Origin: Ruegeria sp. | GTDB taxonomy: Bacteria; Pseudomonadota; Alphaproteobacteria; Rhodobacterales; Rhodobacteraceae | Length of the DNA: 64,000 nt | Assembly (NCBI RefSeq): GCF_040830605.1 | Contig: NZ_JBFOMD010000004.1 | Span: 58,928 to 122,927, forward strand | Reading direction: 5' to 3' | Shown here: positions 37,911 through 49,941 of the stretch, piece by piece | Position numbering within the stretch: the first letter of the stretch is position 1 | Layout of the letters: each line of letters starts with the position of its first letter | The notes under the pieces: model-generated | Seen by the model: the letters and a program-made list of their open reading frames with translations, nothing else | The model's database searches: none | Told to the model about the DNA's origin: nothing | Position numbers and translations under genes: made by a program

Positions 37911-40616
37911 CTAGGCCAACCGTCCGTGACAGTGCTTGAACTTCTTGCCCGAGCCGCAGGGACATGGATCATTGCGCCCGGGATTGCCCCACGTAGTGGG
38001 GTCATCCTCGACGAATCCCGGGCGTGCATCGCCCGAGGCTTCGGCCTCGGCGATGGCCTCGGCACGGTCGGCGGCTTTCTGCATTTGCGCTTGCTGGGCG
38101 GCCATCTGGGCCAGCATTTCCTTTTGCTCTTCCTCGGTCAGAGGCCGCACGCGCGACAGTTGCTTGGTCACGGTTTCGCGCAGCCCGTCCAGCATTCCTT
38201 CGAACAGCTGAAAGCTTTCGTTCTTGTATTCGTTGAGCGGATCGCGCTGGGCATACCCACGGAACCCCACGACCGAGCGCAGGTGTTCCAGCGTCAGCAG
38301 ATGTTCGCGCCATTTGCTGTCGATGGTCTGCAGCAGCACCTGCTTTTCGATGTTGCGCATGTTCTCGGGACCGAAATCGACGGCCTTTTTCGCCATCATG
38401 TCATCGGCGGCCTTGATCAGACGCTCGCGAATCTCGTCGTCATCGACGCCTTCTTCATCGGCCCAGTCCCTGACCGGAGCGTCCACGCCAAGCTGTTCGA
38501 TCACCGCCTCGTGCAGGCCATCGGTATCCCACTGGTCCGCATAGGTTTTCGGCGGCATGTACTGGTCGATCAGGTCGTCGATCACCTGCTCGCGCATGTC
38601 CGAGACGATCTCGGACAGGTCGTCAGCCGACATGATCTCGCGCCGCTGGCTGAAGATCACCTTGCGCTGATCGTTCATCACGTCGTCGAACTTGAGGATG
38701 TTCTTGCGGATGTCGAAATTGCGCCCCTCGACCTTGGCCTGTGCGCGTTCTAGCGATTTGTTCACCCAGGGGTGAATGATCGCCTCGCCCTCTTTCATGC
38801 CCAAAGTCTTGAGAACCTTGTCCAGGCGTTCCGAGCCGAAGATGCGCATCAGGTCGTCTTCGAGGCTGAGATAGAACACCGTGCGGCCCGGGTCACCCTG
38901 ACGGCCCGAGCGTCCGCGCAACTGGTTGTCGATACGGCGGCTTTCGTGCCGTTCCGAGGCCATGACGAACAGGCCACCCGCGTCGAGCACTTTCTGTTTT
39001 TCCTCGGCATGGCGTGCCTCTTCCGCAGCGCGCAGCTCGGCGGGGTCGGCCTCGGGGTTGGCGGCGATGGCCTCCAGCACCTTCATCTCGACATTGCCGC
39101 CCAGCTGAATGTCGGTGCCCCGCCCGGCCATGTTGGTGGCGATGGTCACCGCGCCAAAGCGGCCGGCATCGGCGACGATCTGCGCCTCTTTCTCGTGCTG
39201 GCGGGCGTTCAGCACGTTGTGCTTGACGCCCTCCTTGTCGAGAAGCTGGCTGAGGATTTCCGATTTCTCGATCGAGGTGGTCCCGACAAGAACCGGCTGG
39301 CCCTTTTCATTGGCCTTCTTGATCTGGCCGATCATGGCGATGTGTTTCTCGCCAACCGTGCGATAGACCTGATCGTCCTTGTCTTCGCGCGTGATGGGAC
39401 GGTTGGTGGGCACCTCGACGACGCCCAGACCATAGATCTCGCCGAATTCCTCGGCCTCGGTCAGCGCGGTGCCGGTCATGCCGCTGAGCTTGTCGTAGAG
39501 ACGGAAATAGTTTTGGAAGGTCACCGAAGCCAACGTCACGTTTTCCGGCTGAATCTGAGCGCCTTCCTTGGCTTCGATGGCCTGATGCAGACCGTCCGAC
39601 AGGCGGCGGCCCGGCATCATCCGGCCGGTGAATTCGTCGATCAGCACCACCTCGCCGTCACGCACGATATAGTCCTTGTCGCGCTGGAACATCTTGTGCG
39701 CGCGCAGGCCCTGGTTGACATGGTGCACGATGGTGGTGCTTTCCGGATCGTACAGCGACTGGCCCTCGGGCAGCAGCTCGCGGGCGATAAGCTGCTCTTC
39801 CAGAAACTCGTTGCCTTCGTCGGTGAAGGTTACGTTGCGGGTCTTTTCGTCCAGCGTGAAGTGATCGTCCTGCAGCAGCGGGATCAGCTTGTCGATGGTG
39901 ACATACAGCTCAGACCGGTCCTGTGCGGGGCCCGAGATGATCAGGGGTGTCCGCGCCTCGTCGATCAGGATCGAATCCACCTCGTCCACGATTGCGAAAT
40001 TGTGGTGTTTCTGATGCACCTGCGTCAGATCGGACTTCATGTTGTCGCGCAGATAGTCGAACCCCAGCTCGTTGTTGGTGGCATAGGTGATGTCGCTTTG
40101 ATAGGCGGCCATTTTCTGATCTTCGGGCTGGCCGGACCAGATCACGCCGGTGGTCATGCCCACCGTCTCAAACACCTTGCCCATCCATTCCGAGTCGCGC
40201 TTGGCGAGGTATTCGTTCACCGTCACCACATGCACGCCCTTGCCGGTCAGCGCGTTCAAATAGGCGGGGAGGGTGGCGACCAGTGTCTTGCCCTCACCCG
40301 TCTTCATTTCCGAGATATTGCCCTGATGCAGGAAAATCCCGCCCATCAACTGAACGTCGAAGGCCCGCAGACCAAGGGCGCGTTTGGCCCCTTCACGGAC
40401 GTTGGCAAAGGCTTCGGGCAGCAGGTCGTCCAAGCTTTCGCCGTTGTGCGCGCGCTGGCGCAGTTCGGCGGTCTTTTCCTTGAGGCCGTCATCCGAGAGT
40501 TTCTCGAACTCTTCTTCCAGCGCGTTGATCTGATCGATCAGCGGGCGGGTCGCCTTGATCTTGCGGTCGTTCGGCGTTCCGAACACCTTTTTGGCGAGCG
40601 TTCCGAGTCCCAGCAT
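37911..40616 (-). CDS. secA: Preprotein translocase ATPase SecA
   Basis: [28 protein letters not shown]-terminal [19 protein letters not shown]. Confidence 0.98.
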   Translation of the reverse strand: MLGLGTLAKKVFGTPNDRKIKATRPLIDQINALEEEFEKLSDDGLKEKTAELRQRAHNGESLDDLLPEAFANVREGAKRALGLRAFDVQLMGGIFLHQGNISEMKTGEGKTLVATLPAYLNALTGKGVHVVTVNEYLAKRDSEWMGKVFETVGMTTGVIWSGQPEDQKMAAYQSDITYATNNELGFDYLRDNMKSDLTQVHQKHHNFAIVDEVDSILIDEARTPLIISGPAQDRSELYVTIDKLIPLLQDDHFTLDEKTRNVTFTDEGNEFLEEQLIARELLPEGQSLYDPESTTIVHHVNQGLRAHKMFQRDKDYIVRDGEVVLIDEFTGRMMPGRRLSDGLHQAIEAKEGAQIQPENVTLASVTFQNYFRLYDKLSGMTGTALTEAEEFGEIYGLGVVEVPTNRPITREDKDDQVYRTVGEKHIAMIGQIKKANEKGQPVLVGTTSIEKSEILSQLLDKEGVKHNVLNARQHEKEAQIVADAGRFGAVTIATNMAGRGTDIQLGGNVEMKVLEAIAANPEADPAELRAAEEARHAEEKQKVLDAGGLFVMASERHESRRIDNQLRGRSGRQGDPGRTVFYLSLEDDLMRIFGSERLDKVLKTLGMKEGEAIIHPWVNKSLERAQAKVEGRNFDIRKNILKFDDVMNDQRKVIFSQRREIMSADDLSEIVSDMREQVIDDLIDQYMPPKTYADQWDTDGLHEAVIEQLGVDAPVRDWADEEGVDDDEIRERLIKAADDMMAKKAVDFGPENMRNIEKQVLLQTIDSKWREHLLTLEHLRSVVGFRGYAQRDPLNEYKNESFQLFEGMLDGLRETVTKQLSRVRPLTEEEQKEMLAQMAAQQAQMQKAADRAEAIAEAEASGDARPGFVEDDPTTWGNPGRNDPCPCGSGKKFKHCHGRLA

Positions 40617-40791
40617 GTTCACTCCAGCGGATCTGTTCTTATCGTGGTTGCGACAGGCTTGCCCGCCCTGCGCGCAACCCATAGATACGGGGGGTGAAAG
40701 GCGGTCCTGTCCAAGGCTTCAAGCGATGTAAGCGGCGGGCCAAAGAGTGTCAACGCCGCGCCCTGCCGCGGCCTGAGAATAGGATGATTCA

Positions 40792-41640
40792 ATGCCCAAA
40801 GGCCTCACTTTTCTGCCATCACTGGCGCTTGTCGTCGCGATGGCCTTGCCGGTGGCTGCCGAAACTGAAACCAATGCCGATACTGTTGTGGCCCGCGTCA
40901 ATGGTGAAGAGATCACTTTGGGCCACATGATCATCGCGCTGGCCTCGTTGCCGCAGCAATATCAAGGGCTGCCGGACCAGGTGCTTTATGACGCGATCCT
41001 CGACCAGCTGGTGCAGCAGAGCCTGCTGAAACAGGTGCAGCAGGGCGAGGTGCCCAGGCAGATCACGCTGGCGCTCGAGAACGAGGAACGCTCGTTGCTG
41101 GCGGCGGAAACCATCGAGGGCATTCTGCAGGCCGCCACCACCGATGAGGCGGTACAGGCGGCTTATGACGAGAAATACGCCGATGGGTTCGGCGGTGACG
41201 AATACAACGCGTCGCATATTCTGGTCGAAACCGAGGATGAGGCAAAGGCGATCAAAGAGGCGCTGGATGGCGGGGCCGATTTTGCCGAGACCGCCAAGGA
41301 GAAATCCACCGGCCCGTCTGGTCCCAATGGCGGTGAGTTGGGCTGGTTCGGCACCGGCGCCATGGTCCCCGAGTTCGAACAGGCGGTCGTTGGGCTGGAA
41401 AAGGGCCAGGTTTCCGACCCGGTTCAAACCCAGTTCGGCTGGCATGTGATCATCCTGAACGATCAGCGCAAGGCCGAGGCGCCGGAGCTGGAAGAGGTGC
41501 GGGGGGAGCTGACCTCGAAAATCCAGCAGGACGCCATCGAGGCCCGCGTGGCTGAACTGACCAAGGCGGCCGAGATTGAGCGTCCCGCGCTGGACGGTGG
41601 CCCCGATGCGCTGCGGCAGATCGAGCTGGTTCAGGAGTAA
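40792..41640 (+). CDS. PpiC/parvulin-type peptidyl-prolyl isomerase
   Basis: Signal peptide, ASHILV, GGELGWF, QTQFGWHVI. Confidence 0.9.
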   Translation: MPKGLTFLPSLALVVAMALPVAAETETNADTVVARVNGEEITLGHMIIALASLPQQYQGLPDQVLYDAILDQLVQQSLLKQVQQGEVPRQITLALENEERSLLAAETIEGILQAATTDEAVQAAYDEKYADGFGGDEYNASHILVETEDEAKAIKEALDGGADFAETAKEKSTGPSGPNGGELGWFGTGAMVPEFEQAVVGLEKGQVSDPVQTQFGWHVIILNDQRKAEAPELEEVRGELTSKIQQDAIEARVAELTKAAEIERPALDGGPDALRQIELVQE

Positions 41641-41646
41641 GGCCCT

Positions 41647-42873
41647 ATGGCGACGATCACCAAGGTTTCGCCGCTGGCGCCTGCCGGTTTTCCCGACTTG
41701 CCGGTGATCGGCGGGGTGCGCTTTGCCACGGTTGCAGCGGGCGTGCGCTATCAGGGTCGTACGGACGTGATGCTGGCGGTAATGGACCCGGGCACATCGG
41801 TGGCCGGTGTCTTTACCCGCTCGGCCACGCGCGCGACACCGGTGCTGGATTGTCAGGACAAGATCGGCGGTGCCTGTGACGGACCAGCGGCGATCCTGGT
41901 GAATTCGGGCAATGCCAATGCGTTTACCGGCCATTACGGTCAAACCTCGGTGGCCGAGGTGACGCAGGCGGTGTCGGACGTAACCGGTGTACCGGTCGCC
42001 CGCGTCTTTACATCGTCCACCGGCGTGATCGGCGAGCCGCTGCCGCATGAGCGCATCGTGGCGCAGCTTGAGGCGCTGAACGGCGCGCTGGCGCCGGACG
42101 CGATCGAGGCGGCGGCGCAGGCCATCATGACCACAGACACTTTCCCAAAAGGCGCCAGCGCGAAGGTCGAGATCGACGGCAAAACAGTCTCTGTTTCGGG
42201 GATTGCCAAGGGTTCGGGCATGATCGCGCCGGATATGGCGACGATGCTGGTCTATATTTTCACCGATGCGAAGGTCGAGCAGGGCGCGTTGCAGCAGATG
42301 CTGGGCGCGACGACCGACCGGACTTTCAATTGCATCACGGTGGACAGCGATACCTCGACCTCGGACAGCCTGCTCTTGTGCGCCACCGGCGCCTCGGGCG
42401 TGGATGCCACCGGCAATGCGGCCTTCGCCGAGGCTCTGGAGGCGGTGATGCTGGATCTGGCCAAACAAGTGGTGCGCGACGGCGAAGGCGCGACGAAGTT
42501 TGTCGAAATCCGGGTGACCGGTGCCGCCTCGGATGCGGATGCCAAGGTGCACGGGCTGGCCATCGCGAACTCACCTCTGGTGAAAACCGCCATCGCGGGC
42601 GAAGACCCGAACTGGGGCCGTGTTGTCATGGCGATTGGAAAATCCGGGGCTGCGGCGGATCGCGACCTGCTAAGCATTTCTTTCGGTGACATTCGGGTGG
42701 CCGAAAAAGGTTGGGTCAGCCCGGACTACCGCGAGGACAAGGCCGCCGCCTACATGAAGCAGCAGGAGCTGGTGATTGCGGTGGATCTGGGGCTGGGGGA
42801 TGGCCAATCCACGGTTTGGACCTGCGACCTGACCCACGGATATATCGAGATCAACGCGGACTATCGCTCGTGA
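41647..42873 (+). CDS. argJ: Bifunctional glutamate N-acetyltransferase / amino-acid acetyltransferase
   Basis: KGSGMIAPDMATML autocleavage motif, DGEGATK, CDLT...INADYRS. Confidence 0.96.
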   Translation: MATITKVSPLAPAGFPDLPVIGGVRFATVAAGVRYQGRTDVMLAVMDPGTSVAGVFTRSATRATPVLDCQDKIGGACDGPAAILVNSGNANAFTGHYGQTSVAEVTQAVSDVTGVPVARVFTSSTGVIGEPLPHERIVAQLEALNGALAPDAIEAAAQAIMTTDTFPKGASAKVEIDGKTVSVSGIAKGSGMIAPDMATMLVYIFTDAKVEQGALQQMLGATTDRTFNCITVDSDTSTSDSLLLCATGASGVDATGNAAFAEALEAVMLDLAKQVVRDGEGATKFVEIRVTGAASDADAKVHGLAIANSPLVKTAIAGEDPNWGRVVMAIGKSGAAADRDLLSISFGDIRVAEKGWVSPDYREDKAAAYMKQQELVIAVDLGLGDGQSTVWTCDLTHGYIEINADYRS

Positions 42874-43268
42874 AGACCATCCTTGTCTCTGCCGTTGCCC
42901 TGATCGACGTCGATGGCCGGGTGCTGCTGGCGCAGCGCCCGGAGGGCAAGTCCATGGCCGGGCTGTGGGAGTTTCCGGGCGGCAAGGTTGAGGTGGGCGA
43001 AACTCCCGAAGTGGCGCTGATCCGCGAGCTGGAGGAAGAGCTGGGCATCAACACCTGGGCCTCGTGCCTTGCGCCGCTGACCTTTGCCAGCCACAGCTAT
43101 GACGATTTCCACCTGTTGATGCCTCTCTTCGCCTGCCGCAAGTGGGAGGGCATCCCGCAATCGCGTGAGGGGCAGGCGCTGAAATGGGCGCGTGCCGCAG
43201 ATTTGCGCGACTATCCGATGCCGCCAGCGGATATCCCGCTGATCCCGATCCTGCGCGATTGGCTCTGA
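42870..43268 (+). CDS. mutT: 8-oxo-dGTP diphosphatase
   Basis: GLWEFPGGKVE..E...ALIRELEEELG; GTG start overlaps the argJ stop. Confidence 0.88.
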   Translation: MKTILVSAVALIDVDGRVLLAQRPEGKSMAGLWEFPGGKVEVGETPEVALIRELEEELGINTWASCLAPLTFASHSYDDFHLLMPLFACRKWEGIPQSREGQALKWARAADLRDYPMPPADIPLIPILRDWL

Positions 43269-43435
43269 TCCGGCCGTAAAGGAAAGCGCGGCAATCCGAC
43301 GACAGAGTGCTCTTTGGGACTCATCTGACATAGAAGCGTCCAGTTTTTCTCTATTTGCGCGCGTTTGAGTTATGTTTTGTTAATCATTCAATGTATGATG
43401 GATGCATGTCTTATTCTGGTCGGGGAGGATTTGAC

Positions 43436-43570
43436 GTGCTTCGTACAATCACTTTGGGCAGTTGCATCTCGGTTCAGGGCACATTTGTCCGGAAACTATC
43501 GGATGGCCGTATCGCGGTTCGCGTCGGCGACAAGATTTACATGGGGCGTCCGGTACAAGCCGCAGCCTGA
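43436..43570 (+). CDS. Small hypothetical protein (44 aa)
   Basis: GGGGAGG RBS before GTG; MLRTITLGSCISVQGTFVRKLSDGRIAVRVGDKIYMGRPVQAAA; a terminator follows. Confidence 0.65.
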   Translation: MLRTITLGSCISVQGTFVRKLSDGRIAVRVGDKIYMGRPVQAAA

Positions 43571-43601
43571 TCGTCCGGGACAACTTGTCATTGGAAAAAC
43601 A

Positions 43602-43636
43602 AAGGGGATGGCGTGGCCATCCCCTTCTTCATTTTT
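43602..43636. terminator. Hairpin between the convergent small ORF and infB, likely bidirectional terminator
   Basis: AAGGGGATGGC-GTG-GCCATCCCCTT with A-rich left and T-rich right flanks. Confidence 0.75.
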
Positions 43637-43655
43637 ATGTCCGGTTCGCTGACAG

Positions 43656-46136
43656 TCAGTCGAGCGTCCGGGTCACTTCCTCGCGCTCGAAGATCTCGAT
43701 CACGTCGCCTTGGCGGATATCGTCGTAGTTCTCGAACGCCATACCGCATTCCTGACCCGACTGAACCTCGGTCACTTCGTCCTTGAAACGCTTGAGCGTC
43801 TTCAGCGTGCCTTCGTGGATCACCACGTTGTCGCGCAGCAGGCGCACACCGGCCGAGCGGCGGGCGACACCCTCGGTAACCAGACAGCCGGCAACCTTGC
43901 CGACGCCGGTGACTTTGAAGACTTCGCGGATCTCGGAATAGCCGATGAAGTTCTCGCGGATTTCGGCGCTCAGCAGGCCGGATGCGGCGGCTTTCACGTC
44001 ATCCACCAGATCGTAGATCACCGAGTAGTAGCGGATTTCCACGCCTTTCTGGTTGGCAGTGTTCCGCGCCGAGGCATTGGCCCGGACGTTGAAGCCCATG
44101 ACCGGTGCGCCGGACGCTTCGGCCAGGCCGATATCGGTCTCGGTAATGGCGCCAACGCCCGAGTGCAGCACGCGCACGCGCACCTCTTCGTTGCCGATCT
44201 TTTCCATCGCCTGAACGATGGCCTCGGCCGAGCCCTGCACATCCGCTTTGACCAGAATCGGCAACTCGGAGACATTCTCGTCTTCCTTGGCCTTCTGCAT
44301 CAGCTGTTCCAGCGTGGTTGCGGCACCGGCTGCCGCGCGCTTGTCCTTGGCGGCCTGTTCGCGATAGGCGGCGATTTCGCGCGCCTGCGCCTCAGTTTCG
44401 GTCACGTTCAGAACGTCACCGGCCTCGGGTGTGCCATTGAGGCCCAGCACCTCGACCGGAACCGACGGCCCGGCTTCGTCGACGCGCTCGCCCTTGTCGT
44501 TGATCAGCGCACGGACCTTGCCGTACTGCTCACCCACGACAAAGATATCGCCCTGGCGCAAGGTCCCGTTCTGGACCAGAACGGTGGCCACGGGGCCACG
44601 GCCCACATCCAGCTGCGCCTCGATCACGGCGCCTTGGGCGGCGCGGTCGGGGTTGGCCTTCAGTTCCAGGATTTCGGCTTGCAATGCAATGGCTTCCAGT
44701 AGGTTGTCCAGGCCTTGACCGGTGATGGCCGACACTTCGACATCCTGCACTTCGCCGGACATCTTCTCGACGATCACTTCGTGCTGCAGCAGATCCGTGC
44801 GCACCTTGTCCGGATTGGCATCCGGCTTGTCGATCTTGTTGATCGCCACGATCATCGGCACCTGGGCCGCCTTGGCGTGGTTGATGGCCTCGACGGTCTG
44901 CGGCATCACCGCATCGTCGGCGGCCACCACAAGCACCACGATATCCGTCACTTGAGCACCGCGCGAGCGCATCGAGGTAAAGGCCGCGTGGCCCGGGGTG
45001 TCGAGGAAGCTCAGCGTAACGCCATCGTCGGTCTGAACCTGATAGGCGCCGATATGCTGGGTGATGCCACCTGCCTCGCCAGCGACAACACGCGCATCCC
45101 GGATCGCGTCCAGCAGCGAAGTTTTGCCGTGGTCGACATGGCCCATGATGGTGATGACCGGCGGGCGCGGCTGCAGGTCCTTTTCGTCGTCTTCGACTTC
45201 CTTGATGACATCCTCGACGTCCGAATCGGAGACACGGGTGACCTTGTGGCCGAATTCCTGAATGATCAGTTCGGCGGTGTCGGCATCAATGGTCTGGTTC
45301 TGCGTGACCATCATGCCCATCTGCATCAGCGATTTGACCACATCGGCCACGCGTTCGGCCATGCGGTTGGCCAGTTCCGAGACCATGATTGCCTCGGGCA
45401 GCTGAACGTCGCGGATCACCTTTTCGCGCTCGACCGTACCGCCCATCGCCTTCTGGCGAGCGCGTTCCTGCTTGCGCTTCATTGCTGCCATCGAGCGCTG
45501 GCGGTTGCCTTCGCCACCGGTGGCCTGACCCAGTGTCAGCTTGCCGGACCGGCGGTTGTCCTCACGACCCTTGCCACGGCCGCGCTGTTCTCGCTCACGA
45601 TCCTGCTTGCGCGGAGTTGCAGCGGGCGCCGGTTTGCTGGCCGGGCTGCGCGCGGCAGGCTTGGGTTCGGCCGGAGCCGGGGCCGCAGCGGCGCGTTTTG
45701 CCGCCTCTTCCGCTTCGCGACGCGAGGCTTCCTCGGCTTCGGCCTTGGCCTTGGCACGCTCTTCGGCTTCGCGCTGTTCGCGTTCCTTGGCCTCGGCCTC
45801 GGCGCGGCGGCGGGTGCGTTCCTCTTCGCGGGCCTTTTCCTCGGCCTCGCGCTTGGCGGCCTCTTCGGCCTCGCGCGCCTTGGCAGCCTGCAACGCCTTC
45901 AGGCGGCGGGCCATCTCGGCATCCGAGATGCCGGCAGGACGACGCGAGGGATCACCGCCGGGCGCAGGACTGCCGCTGCCCGGTTTGGCCGCTCCCGGCT
46001 TGGGAACCACCACGCGTTTGCGCTTGGTTTCCACCACGACATTCTTGGTCCGTCCGTGGCTGAAACTCTGTTTCACGTTTCCGGGACGAGCGCCCCCACG
46101 CAGACCCAATGTCTTTTTGCCGTCACTATCGCTCAT
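43656..46136 (-). CDS. infB: Translation initiation factor IF-2
   Basis: [28 protein letters not shown]. Confidence 0.98.
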   Translation of the reverse strand: MSDSDGKKTLGLRGGARPGNVKQSFSHGRTKNVVVETKRKRVVVPKPGAAKPGSGSPAPGGDPSRRPAGISDAEMARRLKALQAAKAREAEEAAKREAEEKAREEERTRRRAEAEAKEREQREAEERAKAKAEAEEASRREAEEAAKRAAAAPAPAEPKPAARSPASKPAPAATPRKQDREREQRGRGKGREDNRRSGKLTLGQATGGEGNRQRSMAAMKRKQERARQKAMGGTVEREKVIRDVQLPEAIMVSELANRMAERVADVVKSLMQMGMMVTQNQTIDADTAELIIQEFGHKVTRVSDSDVEDVIKEVEDDEKDLQPRPPVITIMGHVDHGKTSLLDAIRDARVVAGEAGGITQHIGAYQVQTDDGVTLSFLDTPGHAAFTSMRSRGAQVTDIVVLVVAADDAVMPQTVEAINHAKAAQVPMIVAINKIDKPDANPDKVRTDLLQHEVIVEKMSGEVQDVEVSAITGQGLDNLLEAIALQAEILELKANPDRAAQGAVIEAQLDVGRGPVATVLVQNGTLRQGDIFVVGEQYGKVRALINDKGERVDEAGPSVPVEVLGLNGTPEAGDVLNVTETEAQAREIAAYREQAAKDKRAAAGAATTLEQLMQKAKEDENVSELPILVKADVQGSAEAIVQAMEKIGNEEVRVRVLHSGVGAITETDIGLAEASGAPVMGFNVRANASARNTANQKGVEIRYYSVIYDLVDDVKAAASGLLSAEIRENFIGYSEIREVFKVTGVGKVAGCLVTEGVARRSAGVRLLRDNVVIHEGTLKTLKRFKDEVTEVQSGQECGMAFENYDDIRQGDVIEIFEREEVTRTLD

Positions 46137-46144
46137 AAAGCTTC

Positions 46145-46768
46145 TTACCCTTCCGCGCGGCCGCTGCCGCCGTCATCCGATTTGCGCACACCGCGCAAGC
46201 GCTGCGCTTCCTCTACAACACGTTTGGCGAGTCCACCAGAGGCAAGCGCCGCATGTATCACTGTTTGGCGTCCAAACGCCATGCCCAATTCATCCGCCGT
46301 GAGCCAGCCGATATATTTGCCAAAGTGCGGCGTGCTCAGTTTCGACTTTCCACGGCCCGATCCGTCCACCGCCTGCAGCAGAACTTGTGCCTCTTCCTTG
46401 TCGAGCCAGGTCTTGACCTTTTCATAGCCTGCGACCGCATCGCCCGACTTGCGCGCCAGGCTGATCAGTTCGACCACCCGGCGCGACAATTGCCGCTCGA
46501 CCTCGTCCACAAGCCCCTCCGGCGCCGTGACCTGAGCCTTGAAGCCGCGTGCGAACAGCTTTTTGCCGACCGCCTTGTCCAGCGCGGCGCGATCCGCGGC
46601 CACATAGACCCCCCGGCCCGGCAGCTTGCCCGCAACGTCCGGCCACACCCGGCCATCGGGGCCCGCCACAAAGCGGATCAAGCCATATTTAGGCTGAACC
46701 TCGCCCGTGGCGATGCATTTCCGCTCGGGCCCTTCCGAACGATCCTTATGGACGCCGCCGCGACCCAT
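46145..46768 (-). CDS. YlxR/DUF448 RNA-binding protein with L7Ae-like C domain
   Basis: [20 protein letters not shown]; lies between nusA and infB. Confidence 0.88.
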   Translation of the reverse strand: MGRGGVHKDRSEGPERKCIATGEVQPKYGLIRFVAGPDGRVWPDVAGKLPGRGVYVAADRAALDKAVGKKLFARGFKAQVTAPEGLVDEVERQLSRRVVELISLARKSGDAVAGYEKVKTWLDKEEAQVLLQAVDGSGRGKSKLSTPHFGKYIGWLTADELGMAFGRQTVIHAALASGGLAKRVVEEAQRLRGVRKSDDGGSGRAEG

Positions 46769-46790
46769 GTACACCTCGCGGGGCCTGAGA

Positions 46791-48410
46791 TCAGGCCCCG
46801 GCCTCCTCGTCCGAGATCTCGCCTTCGGCCTCTTCGGCGGCGGCTTCCAGATCGGCAGGATCGACCCAGCCCAGAATGACCCGTGCGGTCATCACCAGGT
46901 TCTGTGCCTCTTCCAGCGACACGTCGAACGGTTCGAGAATGCCGTCATCCTTGACGCGCTGACCGTCCACCGTGGTCCAGCCCCCGGCCAGTTCCCAGTC
47001 GGCGCAGGTGGCAAAGTCTTCGAGCGTCTTGACGTCGTCCTTTGCCAGTGCCTCTACCATCTGGGGTGTCAGGCCCTCGAATTCAATAAGGCTGTCCTCG
47101 GCGCCCAGGGCGCGGGCGGCATCCAGCGCGGCCTTGGCCTGGGCCTCAAGATGGTCGCGGGCACGGGCCTGCAATTCGTTGGCGGTGCCTTCGTCGACGC
47201 CGTCGATCACCAGCAGTTCGTCAAGCTCGACATAGGCCACCTCTTCGAGGTTGGTGAAGCCTTCGGACACCAGCAGCTGGGCAAAGAACTCGTCCAGGTC
47301 CAGGCTGTCCATGAACAGCTTGGTGCGTGCTTCGAATTCCTTCTGGCGGCGGGCCGATTCCTCTTCCTCGGTCATGATGTCGATGTCCAGACCGGTCAGC
47401 TGGCTGGCCAGACGCACGTTCTGACCGCGACGGCCGATGGCGAGGCTCAGCTGTTCCTCGGGAACAACCACTTCGATCTTGCCTGCCTCTTCATCCAGAA
47501 CCACCTTGGAGACCTCGGCGGGCTGCAGGGCATTCACCAGGAAAGTCGGCTGATCTTCGTTCCACGGAATGATGTCGATCTTTTCGCCCTGCAACTCGTT
47601 CACGACGGCCTGCACGCGGCTGCCGCGCATACCGACGCAGGCACCGACCGGGTCGATCGAACCGTCATACGAGATCACGGCGATCTTGGCGCGCGAGCCA
47701 GGGTCACGGGCGACGGCCTTGACTTCGATGATGCCGTCATAGATTTCCGGCACTTCCATCTTGAACAGTTCGGCCATGAATTCCGGCGCGGTACGGCTGA
47801 GGAAGATCTGCGGCCCGCGCACTTCGCGGCGCACATCCTTGATGTAGCAGCGCACGCGGTCGTTGGGGCGATAGCTTTCGCGGCCAATCTTTTCGTTGCG
47901 GCGCAGGATGGCTTCGCCCGCACCCACATCGACGATGACGTTGCCATATTCCTCGCGCTTGACGACACCGTTGATGATGGTGCCGGCACGGTCCTTGAAT
48001 TCTTCGAACTGACGATCGCGCTCGGCTTCGCGGACCTTTTGTAGGATCACCTGCTTGGCCGACTGGGCGGCGATGCGGCCCATCTCGACCGGCGGCACTT
48101 CCTCTACGAAGACGTCACCGACCGAGGGGTTTTCCATGTACTGCTTGGCCTGTTCGACGGTGAACTCGGCCTGATAGTTTTCCAGCTCTTCATCCTCGAC
48201 GACGGTGCGAACGCGGGTAAAGGTCGCTTTGCCGGTCTTGCGGTCGATGGACACGCGGATATCCATCTCGGCGCCGTAACGGCTCTTGGCGGCGCGGGCG
48301 AGGGATTCTTCCATCGCCTCGACCACCAGCGCGGGGTCGATCATCTTTTCGCGGGCCACGGCCTCGGCGGTTTGCAACAGCTCCAGCTGGTTTGCAGAGG
48401 TGATTGCCAT
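46791..48410 (-). CDS. nusA: Transcription termination factor NusA
   Basis: [31 protein letters not shown]. Confidence 0.97.
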   Translation of the reverse strand: MAITSANQLELLQTAEAVAREKMIDPALVVEAMEESLARAAKSRYGAEMDIRVSIDRKTGKATFTRVRTVVEDEELENYQAEFTVEQAKQYMENPSVGDVFVEEVPPVEMGRIAAQSAKQVILQKVREAERDRQFEEFKDRAGTIINGVVKREEYGNVIVDVGAGEAILRRNEKIGRESYRPNDRVRCYIKDVRREVRGPQIFLSRTAPEFMAELFKMEVPEIYDGIIEVKAVARDPGSRAKIAVISYDGSIDPVGACVGMRGSRVQAVVNELQGEKIDIIPWNEDQPTFLVNALQPAEVSKVVLDEEAGKIEVVVPEEQLSLAIGRRGQNVRLASQLTGLDIDIMTEEEESARRQKEFEARTKLFMDSLDLDEFFAQLLVSEGFTNLEEVAYVELDELLVIDGVDEGTANELQARARDHLEAQAKAALDAARALGAEDSLIEFEGLTPQMVEALAKDDVKTLEDFATCADWELAGGWTTVDGQRVKDDGILEPFDVSLEEAQNLVMTARVILGWVDPADLEAAAEEAEGEISDEEAGA

Positions 48411-48988
48411 TACTTCGTCTCCTCTTCGGACCCTTCAGTCTCAATCTCGTCGAATTGGTCTTCGTTCAGATCACCGGCGGCTTTGCGCTGGCGTAGCATT
48501 TCCTTGATCAGGTCATCGGTCAGGACCAGCTTTGCGTCGCTCAGCCAATCGAACTTCAGCCCGATCGTGCCTTCGGGGATGTTGATCAGAACCTCATCCC
48601 CCTCGACCCCGGCCAGTTCCCCCTTGAAGCGGCGGCGGCCGTCGATCAGTTCGTCGGTTTCCAGCTTGGCCTCGTAGCCTTCGAACATGTCGAAGTCCTT
48701 GAGCCGGGTCAGGGGCCGGTCGATGCCGGGGCTGGACACTTCGAGCGTATAGGCGTCGAGGATCGGGTCCTCGACATCCAGCGTGGCGCTGACGGCGTTC
48801 GAAATCTCGGCACAATCATCAACTTCGATCCCGCCCTCGGGCTTGTCGGCCATGATCTGCAGCGTGGTCTGCTTGCCGCTCATCAGGCGGATGCGCACCA
48901 ACTCATACCCCATGTCTTCGATCACGGGGGTGATGATCTCGGCCAGCCGCCGGTCGATGGCGGCCTTTGCTATCAGGTCGTTCGTCAT
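48410..48988 (-). CDS. rimP: Ribosome maturation factor RimP
   Basis: [12 protein letters not shown]; directly upstream of nusA. Confidence 0.95.
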   Translation of the reverse strand: MTNDLIAKAAIDRRLAEIITPVIEDMGYELVRIRLMSGKQTTLQIMADKPEGGIEVDDCAEISNAVSATLDVEDPILDAYTLEVSSPGIDRPLTRLKDFDMFEGYEAKLETDELIDGRRRFKGELAGVEGDEVLINIPEGTIGLKFDWLSDAKLVLTDDLIKEMLRQRKAAGDLNEDQFDEIETEGSEEETK

Positions 48989-49014
48989 ATTGTCCTATAC
49001 CCAGCTTTGGGCAC

Positions 49015-49038
49015 AAAAAAACGGGCGCGCGGCCCGTT
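49015..49038 (-). terminator. Terminator-like hairpin in the rimP leader (putative attenuator)
   Basis: Minus strand AACGGGC-CGCGC-GCCCGTT running into a 7-U tract, 26 nt before the rimP ATG. Confidence 0.65.
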
Positions 49039-49094
49039 GAACTTATCCGGTGGTGCCCCGGACCCAAGGACCCGACGCGCCGCTGTTGAAAAGG

Positions 49095-49123
49095 CATATA
49101 CGCGCTGGGGAATGAGTCTGCAA
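49095..49123 (-). promoter_or_regulatory. Sigma70-type promoter of rimP-nusA-infB
   Basis: TTGCAG-N17-TATATG on the minus strand. Confidence 0.6.
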
Positions 49124-49200
49124 GGGGTCTTGATTCGGTTGCGATCCCGATGAGTTCTGCACTGCCCGGCGGCTCTATTGGGCCGTCCAAATGTCGAGGT

Positions 49201-49941
49201 TTACCCGAGCTGCTGAATCAACTCTTTGGCCAGCGTCTCGGTAACATCCTGATCCTGCCCGCCGATGACCAGATAGCCGACCCCGTTGCTGACCCATGAG
49301 GTTGCGGCCAGCCCAGCCAGCGTTTCGTTCTGGGGGCCGCGATCCTCGCCCTTGCTGCGGGTGATGCAGAAGGCGACCGGCACGCCGTTCTCGCCCAGAT
49401 AGGCCATCTGCAGCAGCGGCTTGCCCCGGAACCCCAGAATCTGCGCCCGCTTGAACTCCAGTCCCTGCACCGATTGCGCCGGGGTCAGATCAACCCCGTG
49501 GTCCGCGCCGAACCCGGCCAGCACCTGCGCCGTCATCTCGGGCGGTTGTGCGGCATCTGCGACCGTATCCGTAACATAAAGCGACTGGTAAGAGGCCACG
49601 ACCGCTTTCCAGCCCGGAGGCTGCGCCTTGGGTTGCAGCAGATAAGTGGACAGCGCGCCGAGGCCAAAGGCCAGCGCCACACTTGCGACCAGAGCCAGCG
49701 GCGCGCGGCGGGGTTGCGGGGCGGGCAGCAGCCCGGCGGGCATGGCGGGCGCGCCCAGCATGTCCGCGGACAGCGCGTCGCGCATGGCGTCCAGCGGCAA
49801 CTCGAGCCCCTGCAACTGCTCGGCCAGCGCCGGATCGTCCGCCAGCGCCTGGTCGATGCGGTCGCGCAGGGGGGCGTCGGCCTCACCATCCAGGTAGGCC
49901 GTCAACTCTTCGTCCGAGAATGTCGCCTGTGCCCGGTTCAT
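49201..49941 (-). CDS. Transmembrane anti-sigma factor
   Basis: SDEELTAYLDGE N domain, one TM segment, periplasmic domain; ATGA-type overlap with the sigma gene. Confidence 0.85.
   Translation of the reverse strand: MNRAQATFSDEELTAYLDGEADAPLRDRIDQALADDPALAEQLQGLELPLDAMRDALSADMLGAPAMPAGLLPAPQPRRAPLALVASVALAFGLGALSTYLLQPKAQPPGWKAVVASYQSLYVTDTVADAAQPPEMTAQVLAGFGADHGVDLTPAQSVQGLEFKRAQILGFRGKPLLQMAYLGENGVPVAFCITRSKGEDRGPQNETLAGLAATSWVSNGVGYLVIGGQDQDVTETLAKELIQQLG

Noticed and set aside
38772-46427. Long antisense ORFs over secA, ppiC/argJ and infB (641, 577 and 570 aa)
   Set aside because: Stop-poor reverse frames are expected at this GC content; each overlaps a clearly identified gene.
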